64,000 bases of DNA from an uncultured Spirochaetota bacterium (GCA_963734495.1 CAVTHK010000011.1:608001-672000), one strand, 5' to 3'. Positions 1-10,619 are shown, counted from the first letter of the stretch. Notes: generated by a model not told the origin, from the letters alone. Translations and numbers: made by a program.

Positions 1-2
1 GC

Positions 3-422
3 GATGCCCACGTCCTCCGAAACGCCGGCGGACGGGCGGGCGACGACGCGATCAGGTCGCTCGTCATCTCCTACAAGCTCCTCGGGACGCGCGAGTGGTT
101 CGTCGTGCACCACACCGACTGCGGCATGCTGGTCTTTACGGACGAGATCATGCGCGGCCTGCTCGCGAAGAGCCTGAAGGCGGCCACGTTCGACGGCGGG
201 GCGTGGCGCGACACGGGGCCCGGGCCCGGCTCGCGGGAGGGCGACTTTGTCGACTGGCTCACGATCTCCGATCAGTCGCAGAGCGTGCTCGCGGACGTCA
301 CCCGCATTCGCAACCATGCCCTTGTCCCGGGCGACATCCCGATCTACGGCTTTGTCTACGACGTGAGGAACGGGAGGCTCGTGGAAGTCCCCGAGGCCAC
401 GGCCGCGGGCAGAACGCGTTAG
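3..422 (+). CDS. Beta-class carbonic anhydrase (clade D-like), 5'-partial
   Basis: Frame from nt 3 reads [41 protein letters not shown]; contains the RNAGG and HxxC Zn-ligand motifs. Confidence 0.92.
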   Translation, partial: DAHVLRNAGGRAGDDAIRSLVISYKLLGTREWFVVHHTDCGMLVFTDEIMRGLLAKSLKAATFDGGAWRDTGPGPGSREGDFVDWLTISDQSQSVLADVTRIRNHALVPGDIPIYGFVYDVRNGRLVEVPEATAAGRTR

Positions 423-606
423 GCGGCGGGCGCGTCGCCGCTCGACCCGGGGAACCGCGCCCGCGCGCGGGCTTGCGCGGCTTGCGCGGCCGCCCGTATT
501 GACGAGCGGCTTCGATCCGCTCAGTATCTGGCGGCAACGTGATGTCCATGCCGCACACAACCCCGGCGCGCTCGACCTTCGCATCCTCGCGCGGCGCCGC
601 CCCGCA

Positions 607-1905
607 GTGAGCGTCGCGCAGCCCGCGGTCGCGACGCGCCGCGTCGTCCTGACCTTTCTTCCCCTCGCCGCCATGTGGATGATGATGGCGTTCGAGCAGC
701 CGCTCACCAACGCCGTGATCGGCCGCCTCGCCGACGTCGAGCGCAACCTCGCGGCGTTCGGGATCGCTTTCAGCCTCTGCATCTTCGTGCAGGGCCCGGC
801 CGTGCAGCTCCTCATCGCGGGCACGGCGCTCAGCGGTTCACGAGGCTCCTACGGCAGGCTGCTCGCGTTCGTGAACCGGCTGGTGGCCGGGCTCACGGTC
901 CTGCACCTCGCCGTGGGTGCGACGCCGCTGTTCGGCCTGCTCACCGGGCGCCTCATGGGCGTGCCGGAGGACCTCCTCGCGCCCGCGCGCACCGCGTTCC
1001 TCATCATGACGCCGTGGCACGCGAGCGTCGGCTACCGGAGGCTCTGGCAGGGCGTGCTCGTCCGTCACGGCCGCCCCGGTCTCGTGGCGGTCACCACCCT
1101 CGTGCGGCTGTTCGTGGTGCTCGTGATTTCGGGGCTGGCGCTCGCGCTCACGGCCCTGCCGGGGGCGACGGTCGGCGCGATCGCGGTCGTCACCGGAATG
1201 ATGGCATCCGCGGCGACCACGCGGGTGCTCGCGGGAGCGGTGCTGCGGGACCTCCCCTTCCACGTAGAGGGCGAGGTGCCACTGAGCGGGCGGGACTTTG
1301 CCCGCTTCTACGCCCCGCTGGTGCTCACGGCGCTGATCACGGTGATCGCGCGGCCTCTGACGACCGCGGCCCTCGCGCGCGGGCCGATGGCGGTCGACTC
1401 CCTGGCGGCCTGGCCCGTGGTCTCGAGCTGGCTGTTCCTGCTGCAGGGTCCCGCGCTCGCCGTGCAGGAGACGACGGTAGCGCTCTACGACCGAGGCGGG
1501 ACAGGCCGGGCGATCAGGCGATTCGCGGCGGTCGTCGCGGGCGTGCTGCTGCTCGTCGCCGGGCTGCTGGCGCTGCCCGGCCCGGCGGATTTCTGCTTCC
1601 GCGTTCTCTTCGACCTGCCCGCGGAGCTCGCCTCGCTCTGCGCCGTCCCTTTCGCGATCATGGTCCCGACGGTCGCCCTCACCGCCGCGGTCTCGCTGCT
1701 GCGCGGCATGCTGGTGCGCGAGCGGACGACCTCCGACATCCCGCTCGGCGTCGCCGTGAACGTCTCCGTGCTCTCGCTGTGTCTTTTCGGGATCCCGCGC
1801 CTGCTGCCCTGGCCGGGAGTCGTCGCGGCCGCCGCGGCCGTCACGCTCGCGGTCGCGGGCGAGAGCCTCTTTCTCGCGCTGCGCAGCGCGCGGGCGCAGG
1901 CGTAG
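607..1905 (+). CDS. ANKH-like / MATE-superfamily membrane transporter
   Basis: About 12 TM helices in two internally repeated halves (TFLPLAAMW..EQPLTNAVIGR / RFYAPLVLT..RPLTTAALAR); GTG start uncertain. Confidence 0.7.
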   Translation: MSVAQPAVATRRVVLTFLPLAAMWMMMAFEQPLTNAVIGRLADVERNLAAFGIAFSLCIFVQGPAVQLLIAGTALSGSRGSYGRLLAFVNRLVAGLTVLHLAVGATPLFGLLTGRLMGVPEDLLAPARTAFLIMTPWHASVGYRRLWQGVLVRHGRPGLVAVTTLVRLFVVLVISGLALALTALPGATVGAIAVVTGMMASAATTRVLAGAVLRDLPFHVEGEVPLSGRDFARFYAPLVLTALITVIARPLTTAALARGPMAVDSLAAWPVVSSWLFLLQGPALAVQETTVALYDRGGTGRAIRRFAAVVAGVLLLVAGLLALPGPADFCFRVLFDLPAELASLCAVPFAIMVPTVALTAAVSLLRGMLVRERTTSDIPLGVAVNVSVLSLCLFGIPRLLPWPGVVAAAAAVTLAVAGESLFLALRSARAQA

Positions 1906-1909
1906 CGCC

Positions 1910-3163
1910 TCACTCCGAGAGCTCGCGCAGCCTTCGCTCGAGGAACCGGCGCTCCGGCTCCTGCCGCGCGAGGTCGAGGGCGCGCCGGTAGGAGGCCAGC
2001 GCCTCGGCCTTCCGCCCCAGGCGCCGGAGCATGTCCGCGCGGGCGGCATGAGCGAGGTGGTAGTCGAGGAGATCGCCGCGCGCGAGGATGGCTTCGATCA
2101 GGGCGAGGCCAGCCGCGGGGCCGTCCCGCATCCCCACCGCGACGCCGCGGTTCAGCTCGACGATCGGCGACGGGTCGGAGCGCATCAGGATGTCGTAGAG
2201 CGCGCCGATCTGCGCCCAGTCCGTGGACGCCGCGCCGGGCGATTCGGCGTGAACGGCAGCGATGGCGGCCTGGATCGTGTAGGGGCCGAAACTCGGCGCG
2301 TGCAGCGCTCGCTCCACCAGCGCGGCGCCCTCGGCGATCTGCCCGCGGTCCCACAGCGAGCGGTCCTGCTCCTCGAGCAGCACGAGCTCGCCGCCGGGGG
2401 TGGTGCGCGCCGCGCGGCGCGATTCGTTCAGCAGCATCAGCGCCAGCAGCCCCAGCGCCTCGGGATCGGGAAGCAGCTCGACGAGCAGCCGGCCGAGGCG
2501 GATCGCTTCGCCGGAGAGGTCCCGGCGCGTGAGGGACGTCCCCGACGACGCCCAGTAGCCCTCGGTGAACACCAGGTAGATGACGCGCAGGACGCTGTCC
2601 AACCGTTCGGGCAGGTCCCGCAAGGCCGGCACTTCGTACGGGATGCGCGCCTCGCGGACCCTGGCTTTCGCGCGCACGATCCGCTGCGCCAGCGTCGGCG
2701 CCTCGACCAGGAAGGCACGCGCGATCTCCTCGGTCGTGAGACCGCAGACCTCGCGGAGGGTGAGGGCCACCTGAGCGTCCGGCGGGATCGCCGGGTGGCA
2801 GCAGGTAAAGATCAGCCGCAGCCGGTCGTCCTCGACGTCGTGCCCATTCTGCCCGATCGCATCGGGCGTCGCCGCATCGAGCCGCGCGGCGAGCTCGACG
2901 ACCGAGGCGTCGAAACGGGCGCGCCGGCGCAGGACGTCGATGGCCTTGAAGCGGCCGGCGGAGACGAGCCAAGCCCGGGGGTTCGCGGGCAGGCCGACGC
3001 GCGGCCACTGCGCGAGCGCGGCGCCGAAGGCCTCGTGGAGCGCTTCTTCGGCGAGATCGAAGTCGCCAAGCAGGCGGATCAGCGTGGCGAGCACCCGCCG
3101 CGAGTCGGAACGGTAGATGGATTCCACCGCTGCGCTGATTGTTCCCGAAGCGTCCCCGTTCAT
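1910..3163 (-). CDS. ECF sigma factor with C-terminal TPR extension (ECF42/DUF6596 type)
   Basis: DLAEEALHEAF..W...GLPANPRAWL, DDRLRLIFTCCHPA, LEEQDRSLWD, GPYTIQAAIAAVH; the fusion to the upstream ORF in the ORF track is a frameshift artefact. Confidence 0.9.
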   Translation of the reverse strand: MNGDASGTISAAVESIYRSDSRRVLATLIRLLGDFDLAEEALHEAFGAALAQWPRVGLPANPRAWLVSAGRFKAIDVLRRRARFDASVVELAARLDAATPDAIGQNGHDVEDDRLRLIFTCCHPAIPPDAQVALTLREVCGLTTEEIARAFLVEAPTLAQRIVRAKARVREARIPYEVPALRDLPERLDSVLRVIYLVFTEGYWASSGTSLTRRDLSGEAIRLGRLLVELLPDPEALGLLALMLLNESRRAARTTPGGELVLLEEQDRSLWDRGQIAEGAALVERALHAPSFGPYTIQAAIAAVHAESPGAASTDWAQIGALYDILMRSDPSPIVELNRGVAVGMRDGPAAGLALIEAILARGDLLDYHLAHAARADMLRRLGRKAEALASYRRALDLARQEPERRFLERRLRELSE

Positions 3164-3303
3164 TTCGTGACTGGTCGCGTGGGGACGTGTCGAATCGACG
3201 CGGTCGATGCGACGTCCCTCGCGCCCCGAGCCCTGAACATACCGCCGGTTGAGTCCGATGCGGAAACCGCGGCGGCAGCAGCGGGGCCGTCCGCGCTCGC
3301 GGG

Positions 3304-6300
3304 TCAGGCCTCGTGGCCGCCGAGATGATGGCGCAGCGCGTAAGACGCGAGGTCCACGCGGCAGTGCGCGCCCGTCTTCGCGTAGATGTGGCGAAGGTGG
3401 TTCGCCGCGGTGAAGTAGCTGATGCTGAGCTCGGCGGCGATCTGCTTGGTCTCCAGCCCTCCGGCCGCGAGCCCGAGGACCTCGACTTCGCGCGCGGTCA
3501 GGCCGTCGGGAAGGGCACCCTCGAGCCGCGACATGACCTCGGCGAGCGCGCGCTCCTGGCCCTCGAGCCTCAGGCCCGCTCCCACGCGTCGGGCCTCCAT
3601 GACCAGCTCCCGCGCCCGCCTGAGCTCGCCCTGGCGCAGGAGGAACACCGCGTAGTAGACGGACGCTTCGTAGATGTTGTAGATCAGCCCGCAGCGATAC
3701 GACATCGCCAGCGCCCGCTCGAAGCAGACGCGCGCCTCGCCGGCGCGCCCGGCGAGACCGAAGACCAGGCCGCGGACGGTGTCGAGCAGGCAGCCCGGTG
3801 ACTCCATGATGAAGTCGCCCGGCGCGCGAGAGCATCTCGGGGCCGCACGCACGCTCGAGCAGGGCGGCGTCCTGCTGCAGGTAGCCGACGAAGCCGAGCG
3901 CCGACTGGGCGAACAGGCGGCCGAGAGGGCTCAGCTCCATGGAGAGGGCCCGCTCCGCCACTTCCCTCACCGCGGGGAGGGCGCTCTCGTTCCCCTGGTC
4001 TGCGCACGCATCGGCCAGCATGTTGGCTCGCATCGCGAGCTGGTCGGGGTTGATGTAGATCTGAGGGTGTTCTCTTTGATAGGCGAGCATGACCTCGGGA
4101 GTGTTGTAGGCCACCAGGCCCGCGGATGCCGGCCTGCGCGCCGGTCCCCGCACCGTGCCGGGGGCGGCGAGCCACTTCCGCTCCTCGAGCCGCCGCCCGA
4201 GCTCCTTCCACCGCCCTGTCCAGATCGCGAGCACGCGCTCGGCGCCCTGCAGGTCGTCCGTCCACAGGCTGGGCCCGAGCTCGACTCCCCCGCGCAGCGC
4301 GAGGGCCAGCTCTCCGGCGCCGTCGGGATCGCCGCACAGGAGCTTCCACAGCACCAGGCGCCCGCCGAAAAGAAGCTCCAGGTTCCTGTCCGCTATGGCG
4401 CGCGCTGTCTCCAGCGCCTCCGCCGCACTCTCGAGGAGAAGCGGCCACTCCAGGTTGCGGTACTGCAGCCACGCGCGCGCGTAGTGGATGCGCGCCTCGA
4501 GCCGGCGGTCCGCGAATCGGCGGGCGAGCTCCGTTGCCCGCGCGAGACACTCCTCCGCCCGCCCGCGGTGTGCGTACGAGTACGTCTCGGCGAGGGCGCA
4601 GAGCAGCCGGGCCGCCTCGGGCGATTCGGGCGGCACGAGCGCGAGCGCCTGCTCGCGCAGCCCGCGGATCTGCTCGCGGGGCAGGCGCTCGGCGCCCTGC
4701 GGGTAGGTGGCGAACTCCGCGGCGTCGACGGCGTGCGCGATATCGCCCACGGAGAGGTACAGATTGAAGGCTTCCGCCAGGCGCGGCGCCACCTCGGCGA
4801 AACGCGTCAGCGCGAACAGGGTCCACGCGCGAAGCATGGCGAGCCCGGCCTGCTCGCCGGGCGAGAGGCCCGGGTCGCCGGCGGCCTCGTCGAAGGCGCG
4901 CAGCGCCGTGTCGTACGCCGCGGCGTCGAGCGCCCGCTCTCCCGCCTCGCGCGCGTAGCGGCACGCCTTTTTCCTGTGCTCCGATCCCGCGTTCCCGAAG
5001 TGTCGGGCGATGCGCGCCGGGTCGACGTCGATCCCCGAGGCACGCAGCGCTTCGAGCGCCTCGCCCGCGGCCAGGTGAATGGCGGCTCGATCCGCCGGCG
5101 CGAGGTCCGCGGCGACGGCGCGCTGCACGAGCTCGTGGCCGAAGCGGTAGCGGTCCGGGGCGGTCTCGCCGAGCAGCCCATCGTCGACCGATCCCGCGAG
5201 GAGGGCGCGCGCCGCGGCCGGCGCGGCGTGGATCGTGGCCGCGAGGACATCGAGATCGAATTCCCGGCCGAGGACCGCCGCCGCCTGCAGCGCTTCGAGC
5301 GAGGCGGGGGAGAGGCGCGCGAGCCTGCGGCTGATGAGCATCGAGACGCCGGGCGAGGCGCCTTCTTCCCAATGATCGTCCGAGAGATTCTTCTCGCCGG
5401 CGGCGACGCGGGCGGCGAGGCGGTGGACGGCTTCGACCACGAGGAGCGCGTTGCCTTCGGTCTGCTTGTGAACGGACGACGCCAGCCTGCCGGTTTCGCT
5501 CCTCCCGACTTGCGGCTCCAGGAGGGCCCTCACGTCGCGGAGCGTGAGGTTGCCGACCGGGACCTCGCGGTACCAGGGGAGCTTCGAGACCGAGGCGATG
5601 ATTCGAGGCAGGACGGCGTGACGCGCCGCCCGTCGCTCGACGTACGTGCCCACCAGCAGCAGGCGGCTGGACTCCAGGTCGCCCGCGACCGCCTCGAAGA
5701 GCAGAAGGGTGTCGGGATCGCAGTAGTGCAGGTCGTCGAGCACGATGAGCAGCGGGCGTTCGCCGGCGGCCCGCTGGAGGAACGCGCGCATCGCGGCGAA
5801 GAGGCGGAAGCGCGCCTCGTGCGTCGGGGGCTCGCGGGGGGCGGTCCACGAGGGGGCAAGGCCGGCCGCAGTGCCCCGGGCGGAAATCGACCGGTGCGGC
5901 TGCCCGGGCCGCACGTGGGAGCCGGCGCCGCTGCCTACTCGCTCGAGCGAGGGGATCAGCGAGGCGACGTCGTACGCGCCTGCCCCCATGAGCCTGCGCG
6001 CGTGCGCGAGCCCGCGCCGGTCGATGTAGTGCGTGATGATCTCGGCCCACGGCCAGTAGGCGGGCGACCCTTCGTCATCGTAGCCCTGCCCCCAGAGCGT
6101 CGTCGCGCCGGTCCGTTCGGCGCGGGCGATGACTTCGCGGGCGAGACGGGTCTTGCCGGTGCCGTGATCGCCCGAGATCGCGATGACTGCCCCGCGGCCG
6201 CTGGCGACCGCCCGGCCGAGCTCGCCGAACCGCGCCAGCTCCGCCTCCCTGCCCACGAACGGCGGGCCCGGGTGCGACTTCGAACCTTCCTTTACTGCCA

Positions 6301-6310
6301 ACAACGCCAT
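3304..6310 (-). CDS. AAA/STAND ATPase-TPR-LuxR HTH regulator (MalT/LAL-like), one frameshift near 3820
   Basis: FVGREAEL, Walker A GDHGTGKT, Walker B LIVLDDLH; LuxR HTH LTAREVEVLGLAAGG..IYAK in frame 3304..3852; start uncertain because this ATG overlaps a TACAAT -10. Confidence 0.85.
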
Positions 6311-6396
6311 TGTAGGCGCCGCGGCCGCAGGCTGCAAACGCGGTGAAAGCCGCCGCGCGGGCGCGCAGCGCCCGCAGGTCCGCATTTGGCGGTCGT

Positions 6397-6426
6397 TTGA
6401 CACTGTCCTTCCCGGCGCGCCATGCT
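6397..6426 (+). promoter_or_regulatory. Putative sigma70 promoter for the AEC transporter
   Basis: TTGACA-N18-CATGCT. Confidence 0.45.
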
Positions 6427-6444
6427 CCGCGGGGCCGCCGGCAA

Positions 6445-7395
6445 ATGAAACAGTTCCTCGTCTTCTCCACGATGACCTACGGGTTTCTGCTCCTGGGGTG
6501 GGCCGCGAGAAAGGCGCGCCCTTCGCTCGAACGGACGAGCCGCGACCTCTCGCGCTACACCGTGCTGCTCGTGGAAACGCCCACGATCGTTCTCGTCTAC
6601 TGGGGCATCGAGAGTCGCGTGCTCGGCCGGCACCTCGGGCTGGCCGTGATCGCCGTCTGCGTCATGTCGTTGTCGGGCGTCGCGGGCTACCTGGTCGGGC
6701 GCCTCTACCGGCAGGATCGCCAGGCCACCGGGACCTACACCGTAGGCGCGCTGCTCTCGAACAACGGGCCGACCCTCGGCGGCTTCCTCTGCCTGCTGTA
6801 CCTCGGCGACGACGCCCTGGAGCTGTCTCAGATCTACACGCTCTTCACGGTTCCGTACTTCTTTACCGTGATCTTTCTCGTGGCCCGCAACTTCGCGCCG
6901 GGGCGCAAGCGCAGCCTGGTCTCCGTGCTGCGCGCCAACTTCGAGGATCCCATCAGCATCCTTCCCAACTCGGCGATGGTGATCGGGCTCCTGCTCTCGA
7001 TCCTCGGCGTCCCGTACCCGGCGTTCCTGCGTCTTCCGCGCACGATCCTCGTGTTCGCCGCGGTCATCCTCTACTCCACGAGCTTCGGCCTGGGGATGCA
7101 CGTCCGGTCGATGCTCGCGAGCCTCGGCCGCTATCTCGGGATGCTCCCCGTCAAGTTCGTGATCGCGCCGCTCGCGGGGATCGGCCTCGGACTCCTCTTC
7201 GGCTATTCCCCGGCGACGGACCCGCTGGCCTTCAAGACCCTCGTCATCCAGTCGTGCATGCCGGTCGCGATCTGGTCCGTGGTGGCGTGCAAGCTCTTCG
7301 CCCTCGACGACAATCTCGCGGTCGGGCTGTGGGTCTTCACGACGGTCAGCGTGGCCGCGCTCCTGCCGGTGTTCGGCTGGCTCGCGCGCGCGTGA
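6445..7395 (+). CDS. AEC (auxin efflux carrier) family permease
   Basis: About 10 TM helices; SNNG motif, KFVIAPL, QSCMPVA, VFTTVS. Confidence 0.75.
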   Translation: MKQFLVFSTMTYGFLLLGWAARKARPSLERTSRDLSRYTVLLVETPTIVLVYWGIESRVLGRHLGLAVIAVCVMSLSGVAGYLVGRLYRQDRQATGTYTVGALLSNNGPTLGGFLCLLYLGDDALELSQIYTLFTVPYFFTVIFLVARNFAPGRKRSLVSVLRANFEDPISILPNSAMVIGLLLSILGVPYPAFLRLPRTILVFAAVILYSTSFGLGMHVRSMLASLGRYLGMLPVKFVIAPLAGIGLGLLFGYSPATDPLAFKTLVIQSCMPVAIWSVVACKLFALDDNLAVGLWVFTTVSVAALLPVFGWLARA

Positions 7396-7399
7396 GGCT

Positions 7400-8614
7400 T
7401 CAGCCTCTCGCGGCGCTGCGGCCCGCCAGCATGCCGGTCGAGAACGCAGCCTGCAGGTTGTAGCCGCCGGTGTCGCCGTCCACGTCCAGCGTCTCGCCGG
7501 CAACGTAGAGACCAGGAACCAGCCGCGACTGCATGGTGGCGGGATCGATCTCGGCGAGGCTCACGCCGCCGCGCGTGACCATCGCCTCGTCCCACCCGCC
7601 GAGCCGACCGACGACGGCGGGAAACGCGGCGAGGCGCTCGGCGAGCAGCCTGCGGCGGCTGCGGTCGAGGTCCGCGGCTCTCAGGTCGCCCGGGATGCCG
7701 CACGCGACAAGCACGCGGTCCAGCACGCGCGCGGGCACGGCGCAGCCGCCGGCGCAGCCGCCGACGGTGCGGCGGCCGTGCGCTGCCGCCTCCGCCTGCA
7801 GCCCGCGCTCGATCTCTTCGACCGACGCGTCGACCAGCGAAAAGCGAAGCTCGTCGCCCGCCTCGATCGATCGGCTGAGGTCGATCACGCCCGGTCCTGA
7901 AAGACCCTGATGTGTAAAGAGAAGGTCCCCGTGCCGCTGCGCCACCCTCTTTCCGGCGCGATGGAGCGTCAGGCGCGAGGCGGGGATCGCGATGCCGGCG
8001 CATTCCGCGAACGGGTGGTCGCGCAGCACGACGGGCACGAGCGCCGGCGCCATCGGGGCGATCGCGTGGCCGAGGCGCCGGGCGAGGTCGCAGCCGTCGC
8101 CCGTGGAGCCAGTGGCGGGATACGAGCTGCCGCCGGCCGCGACCACGACGGCCGGCGCCTCGATGCGCCCGGTGCGCGTCTCGACGCCGAGGCCCGCGCC
8201 GCTGCGTCCGATCGCCGTCGCCGCCTCCCCGTACCGGATAGCCACGCCCCCGCGGCGGCACTCTTCGAGCAGCGCCCGCCTCACGTCGGCGGCGCGCATC
8301 GAGCGCGGGTAGAGCTTGCCGCCTTCCTCCTCGACCAGCTCGATGCCGTGCCGCCCCAGGAGCGCGGCGAGATCCGCGCTGGAAAAAGCGTGCATCGCCC
8401 GCTTCAGAAAGCGTCCCTGGCCCGCGCCGTAGCGCTCGAGCAGCTCGTCGATGCTTCCCGCGTGGCTCACGTTGCAGCGCCCGCCGGCGGCGAGCAGCAG
8501 CTTGCGGCCCGCGCTGCGGTTCTTCTCGAGCACGACGACGCTCGCGCCGGCGCTCGCCGCGCCGATGGCGGCCATGAGCCCGGCCGGCCCTGCGCCGATG
8601 ACCGCGACCCGCAT
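7400..8614 (-). CDS. HI0933/YhiN/BaiN family flavoprotein
   Basis: VIGAGPAGLMAA, GRKLL..GGRCNVS, GGSSYPATGSTGDG, VTRGGV, GETLDVDGDTGGYNLQAAFSTG. Confidence 0.93.
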   Translation of the reverse strand: MRVAVIGAGPAGLMAAIGAASAGASVVVLEKNRSAGRKLLLAAGGRCNVSHAGSIDELLERYGAGQGRFLKRAMHAFSSADLAALLGRHGIELVEEEGGKLYPRSMRAADVRRALLEECRRGGVAIRYGEAATAIGRSGAGLGVETRTGRIEAPAVVVAAGGSSYPATGSTGDGCDLARRLGHAIAPMAPALVPVVLRDHPFAECAGIAIPASRLTLHRAGKRVAQRHGDLLFTHQGLSGPGVIDLSRSIEAGDELRFSLVDASVEEIERGLQAEAAAHGRRTVGGCAGGCAVPARVLDRVLVACGIPGDLRAADLDRSRRRLLAERLAAFPAVVGRLGGWDEAMVTRGGVSLAEIDPATMQSRLVPGLYVAGETLDVDGDTGGYNLQAAFSTGMLAGRSAARG

Positions 8615-8618
8615 GGGG

Positions 8619-9800
8619 TCAGCGGCCGAACACCGCGACCGCCCGCTCCATCCGCTCGGCCACAGGCACGCCGAAGGGGCAGCGCTCTTCGCAGATGCCG
8701 CAGGCCGTGCAGTCGCTGCCGTGCGCCGCGAGCGACTCGTACGCGGCGGCGACGGCAGCCGCGGTCCCGGCTTCGGCGACGTCGAGCAGCTTGAGCAGGG
8801 CACCGATGCGGATCTCCGCGGGGCAGGGGAGGCAGTGCTCGCAGTAGACGCAGCAGCGCTCGAGCTTCCACAGGCTGTTGGCGTCGATCGCGCTGAAGTC
8901 CCGCTCCGCGTCGCCTGCGCGCTCGTAGGCGAGGGCCGCTTCGACTTCGCGCACGCTGCGGCAGCCGGCGACGGCGCTCGCGACGCCGGGCCGCGAGAGC
9001 GCGTAGCTCAGGCACTGCACGGGAGTCAGCGAGATACCGCTCGCGCTGCCCTCCGCGACGAGCCCGGTGCGCTGGAGAAACGCACTCGGGTTGCCGGCTG
9101 GAAGCAGCAGCCCGCCGGCGTACGTCTTGATCGCGAGGATGCTGGCGCCTGCCTGCTCGCAGGCGAGGGTGAGCTCGCGCCGCTGCCTCGATGGCTCCCC
9201 GGCCTCGAGGGCCGCGCGATGGGCTTCGCGCTTCCATCCGGCCCTCAGCCCCGAGTCGTCGGCCACGAGGTCGTGCGCCGGGTTGACCGGGAACATCAGG
9301 ACGTCCATGCCGCGCTCGATCGACCGGACACCGATGGCGGACACGTGAGTGCTCAGAGCGATGAACCGGGCGCGGCCTTCTTCCTTTAGTTTCAGGGCGA
9401 GGTCGAAGAGACCGCCCGCGGCGAACACGCCGTCGAAGTCGGCGTGTTTGTCGACGACGTGCAGCATCAGAAGGTCGACGCTCTCGCGGTCGAGCCTGTC
9501 GAGGAGCTCCCGGAAGGAGGCCTCGCAGAGGGGCAGGTCGCGCGTCGTGCTCCCATCGCGCGTGTCCATGCCCAGATGGCCCGCCACCATGACGCTCCTG
9601 GGGACCTCCCGAAGAGCGGCGCAGGCCTTGTCCCGCGCATCCGTCGAGTTCAGGATCAGGTCCACGAAGTTGACGCCGCCCTCCACCGCGGTCCGGATCA
9701 CGTCCGCCACGGTGCGCGCGTCGGGCTCGTCCAGGTGCTCCGTGCCGAGGCTCACTTCGCTGACCGAGAGCCCCGTCCGCCCCAATCGTCTGTATTGCAT
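8619..9800 (-). CDS. Aldo/keto reductase with C-terminal 4Fe-4S dicluster
   Basis: MQYRRLGRTGLSVSEVSLG; CVYCEHCLPCP and CTACGICEERCP. Confidence 0.9.
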   Translation of the reverse strand: MQYRRLGRTGLSVSEVSLGTEHLDEPDARTVADVIRTAVEGGVNFVDLILNSTDARDKACAALREVPRSVMVAGHLGMDTRDGSTTRDLPLCEASFRELLDRLDRESVDLLMLHVVDKHADFDGVFAAGGLFDLALKLKEEGRARFIALSTHVSAIGVRSIERGMDVLMFPVNPAHDLVADDSGLRAGWKREAHRAALEAGEPSRQRRELTLACEQAGASILAIKTYAGGLLLPAGNPSAFLQRTGLVAEGSASGISLTPVQCLSYALSRPGVASAVAGCRSVREVEAALAYERAGDAERDFSAIDANSLWKLERCCVYCEHCLPCPAEIRIGALLKLLDVAEAGTAAAVAAAYESLAAHGSDCTACGICEERCPFGVPVAERMERAVAVFGR

Positions 9801-9902
9801 GCGGGCATCATAAGGCGCGGCGCCCCTCCCCGCCAGCACACGGAATCCTCCTGCACCCTCATCGCCGCCCGGTCGACACGACTCTCCGCGCGGCCCCGGA
9901 GC

Positions 9903-9983
9903 AGCCCTTGCGGACAGATGTTTGACGGCAGAGGACAAATCGTCCCCGCGTCGCGTCCCCGCCGCCCGGGAATGCATTAGTCT
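9903..9983 (+). promoter_or_regulatory. Tandem activator-site motif plus -10 element upstream of GYD-like gene 1
   Basis: GGACA at 9912 and 9933 (21-bp period); GACGG-CAGA-GGACA at 9924-9937; TAGTCT at 9978-9983. Confidence 0.55.
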
Positions 9984-10015
9984 CGGTGACGATCTGCATG
10001 ACAGGAGGTCGGAGA

Positions 10016-10315
10016 ATGGCTATCTACGCGATCGACAGGATCACCGGCACAACGGACGCAGGCTGGCAGCTGACCCAGAAGCAGTTCGAGGACCTGCTGA
10101 AGAAGGCCTACGAGGCGATGGCGTCCGTGGGCGGCAGCATGGTGGGCGTGTATCGGTCCTGTACCGGAAGAGGCAAGGTCTATGTCGGCTCTTTTCCCTC
10201 GCTGGAGGCGATCGAGAAGCATCGCGCGGCGGTCTGGTCGCGCGAAGGCCTGGGGTTCGGGCGCTACTGGACCTACGAGTCCGACATCCTGCGCGAGCTG
10301 CCGCCGGGATCGTGA
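10016..10315 (+). CDS. Small dimeric alpha-beta barrel (GYD/NIPSNAP-like) protein
   Basis: 99 aa; SD GGAG; beta-helix-'VGGSMVG'-beta-beta-'FPSLEA' pattern; host-like codon use. Confidence 0.6.
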   Translation: MAIYAIDRITGTTDAGWQLTQKQFEDLLKKAYEAMASVGGSMVGVYRSCTGRGKVYVGSFPSLEAIEKHRAAVWSREGLGFGRYWTYESDILRELPPGS

Positions 10316-10482
10316 CCCGGCCCGCATGCAACCAGTGCCTGTCGGCGCGGTAAGCGCGCTCGACGGGAGCCGCGCCTGCGGCCGCGGTTGAGGCGCTGCG
10401 CAAAGGCCTTCAACAGCTCCTCATCGTCGAAGAGGCTTTGTTGACTTCTGACTTCGCTCTTGCCTTCTGCATCACGCTCGAC

Positions 10483-10590
10483 CTACGACGGCGCCTTGCC
10501 CACCTGCTGCAGAAAGGTCAGCAGGTCCCAGTGCGCCCACGTCTCGGCAACCCCCCAGCGCTCGACCACGGCCTTGTTTCCCTTTGCCAC
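10483..10590 (-). pseudogene. Internally deleted SnoaL/ester-cyclase-like remnant (35 aa)
   Basis: SD then GTG; NKAVVERW (N-terminal motif) joined directly to VAETWAHWDLLTFLQQVG (C-terminal motif). Confidence 0.6.
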
Positions 10591-10619
10591 TCCTTCCCCT
10601 TTTTGGGGCCCCGTCGGCA

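Noticed and set aside
1910-6403. 1497-aa STAND ATPase-ECF sigma 'fusion' in the ORF track
   Set aside because: The LuxR HTH lies in another frame (3304..3852) with its own stop. The linker is shadow-frame sequence created by a frameshift near 3820.
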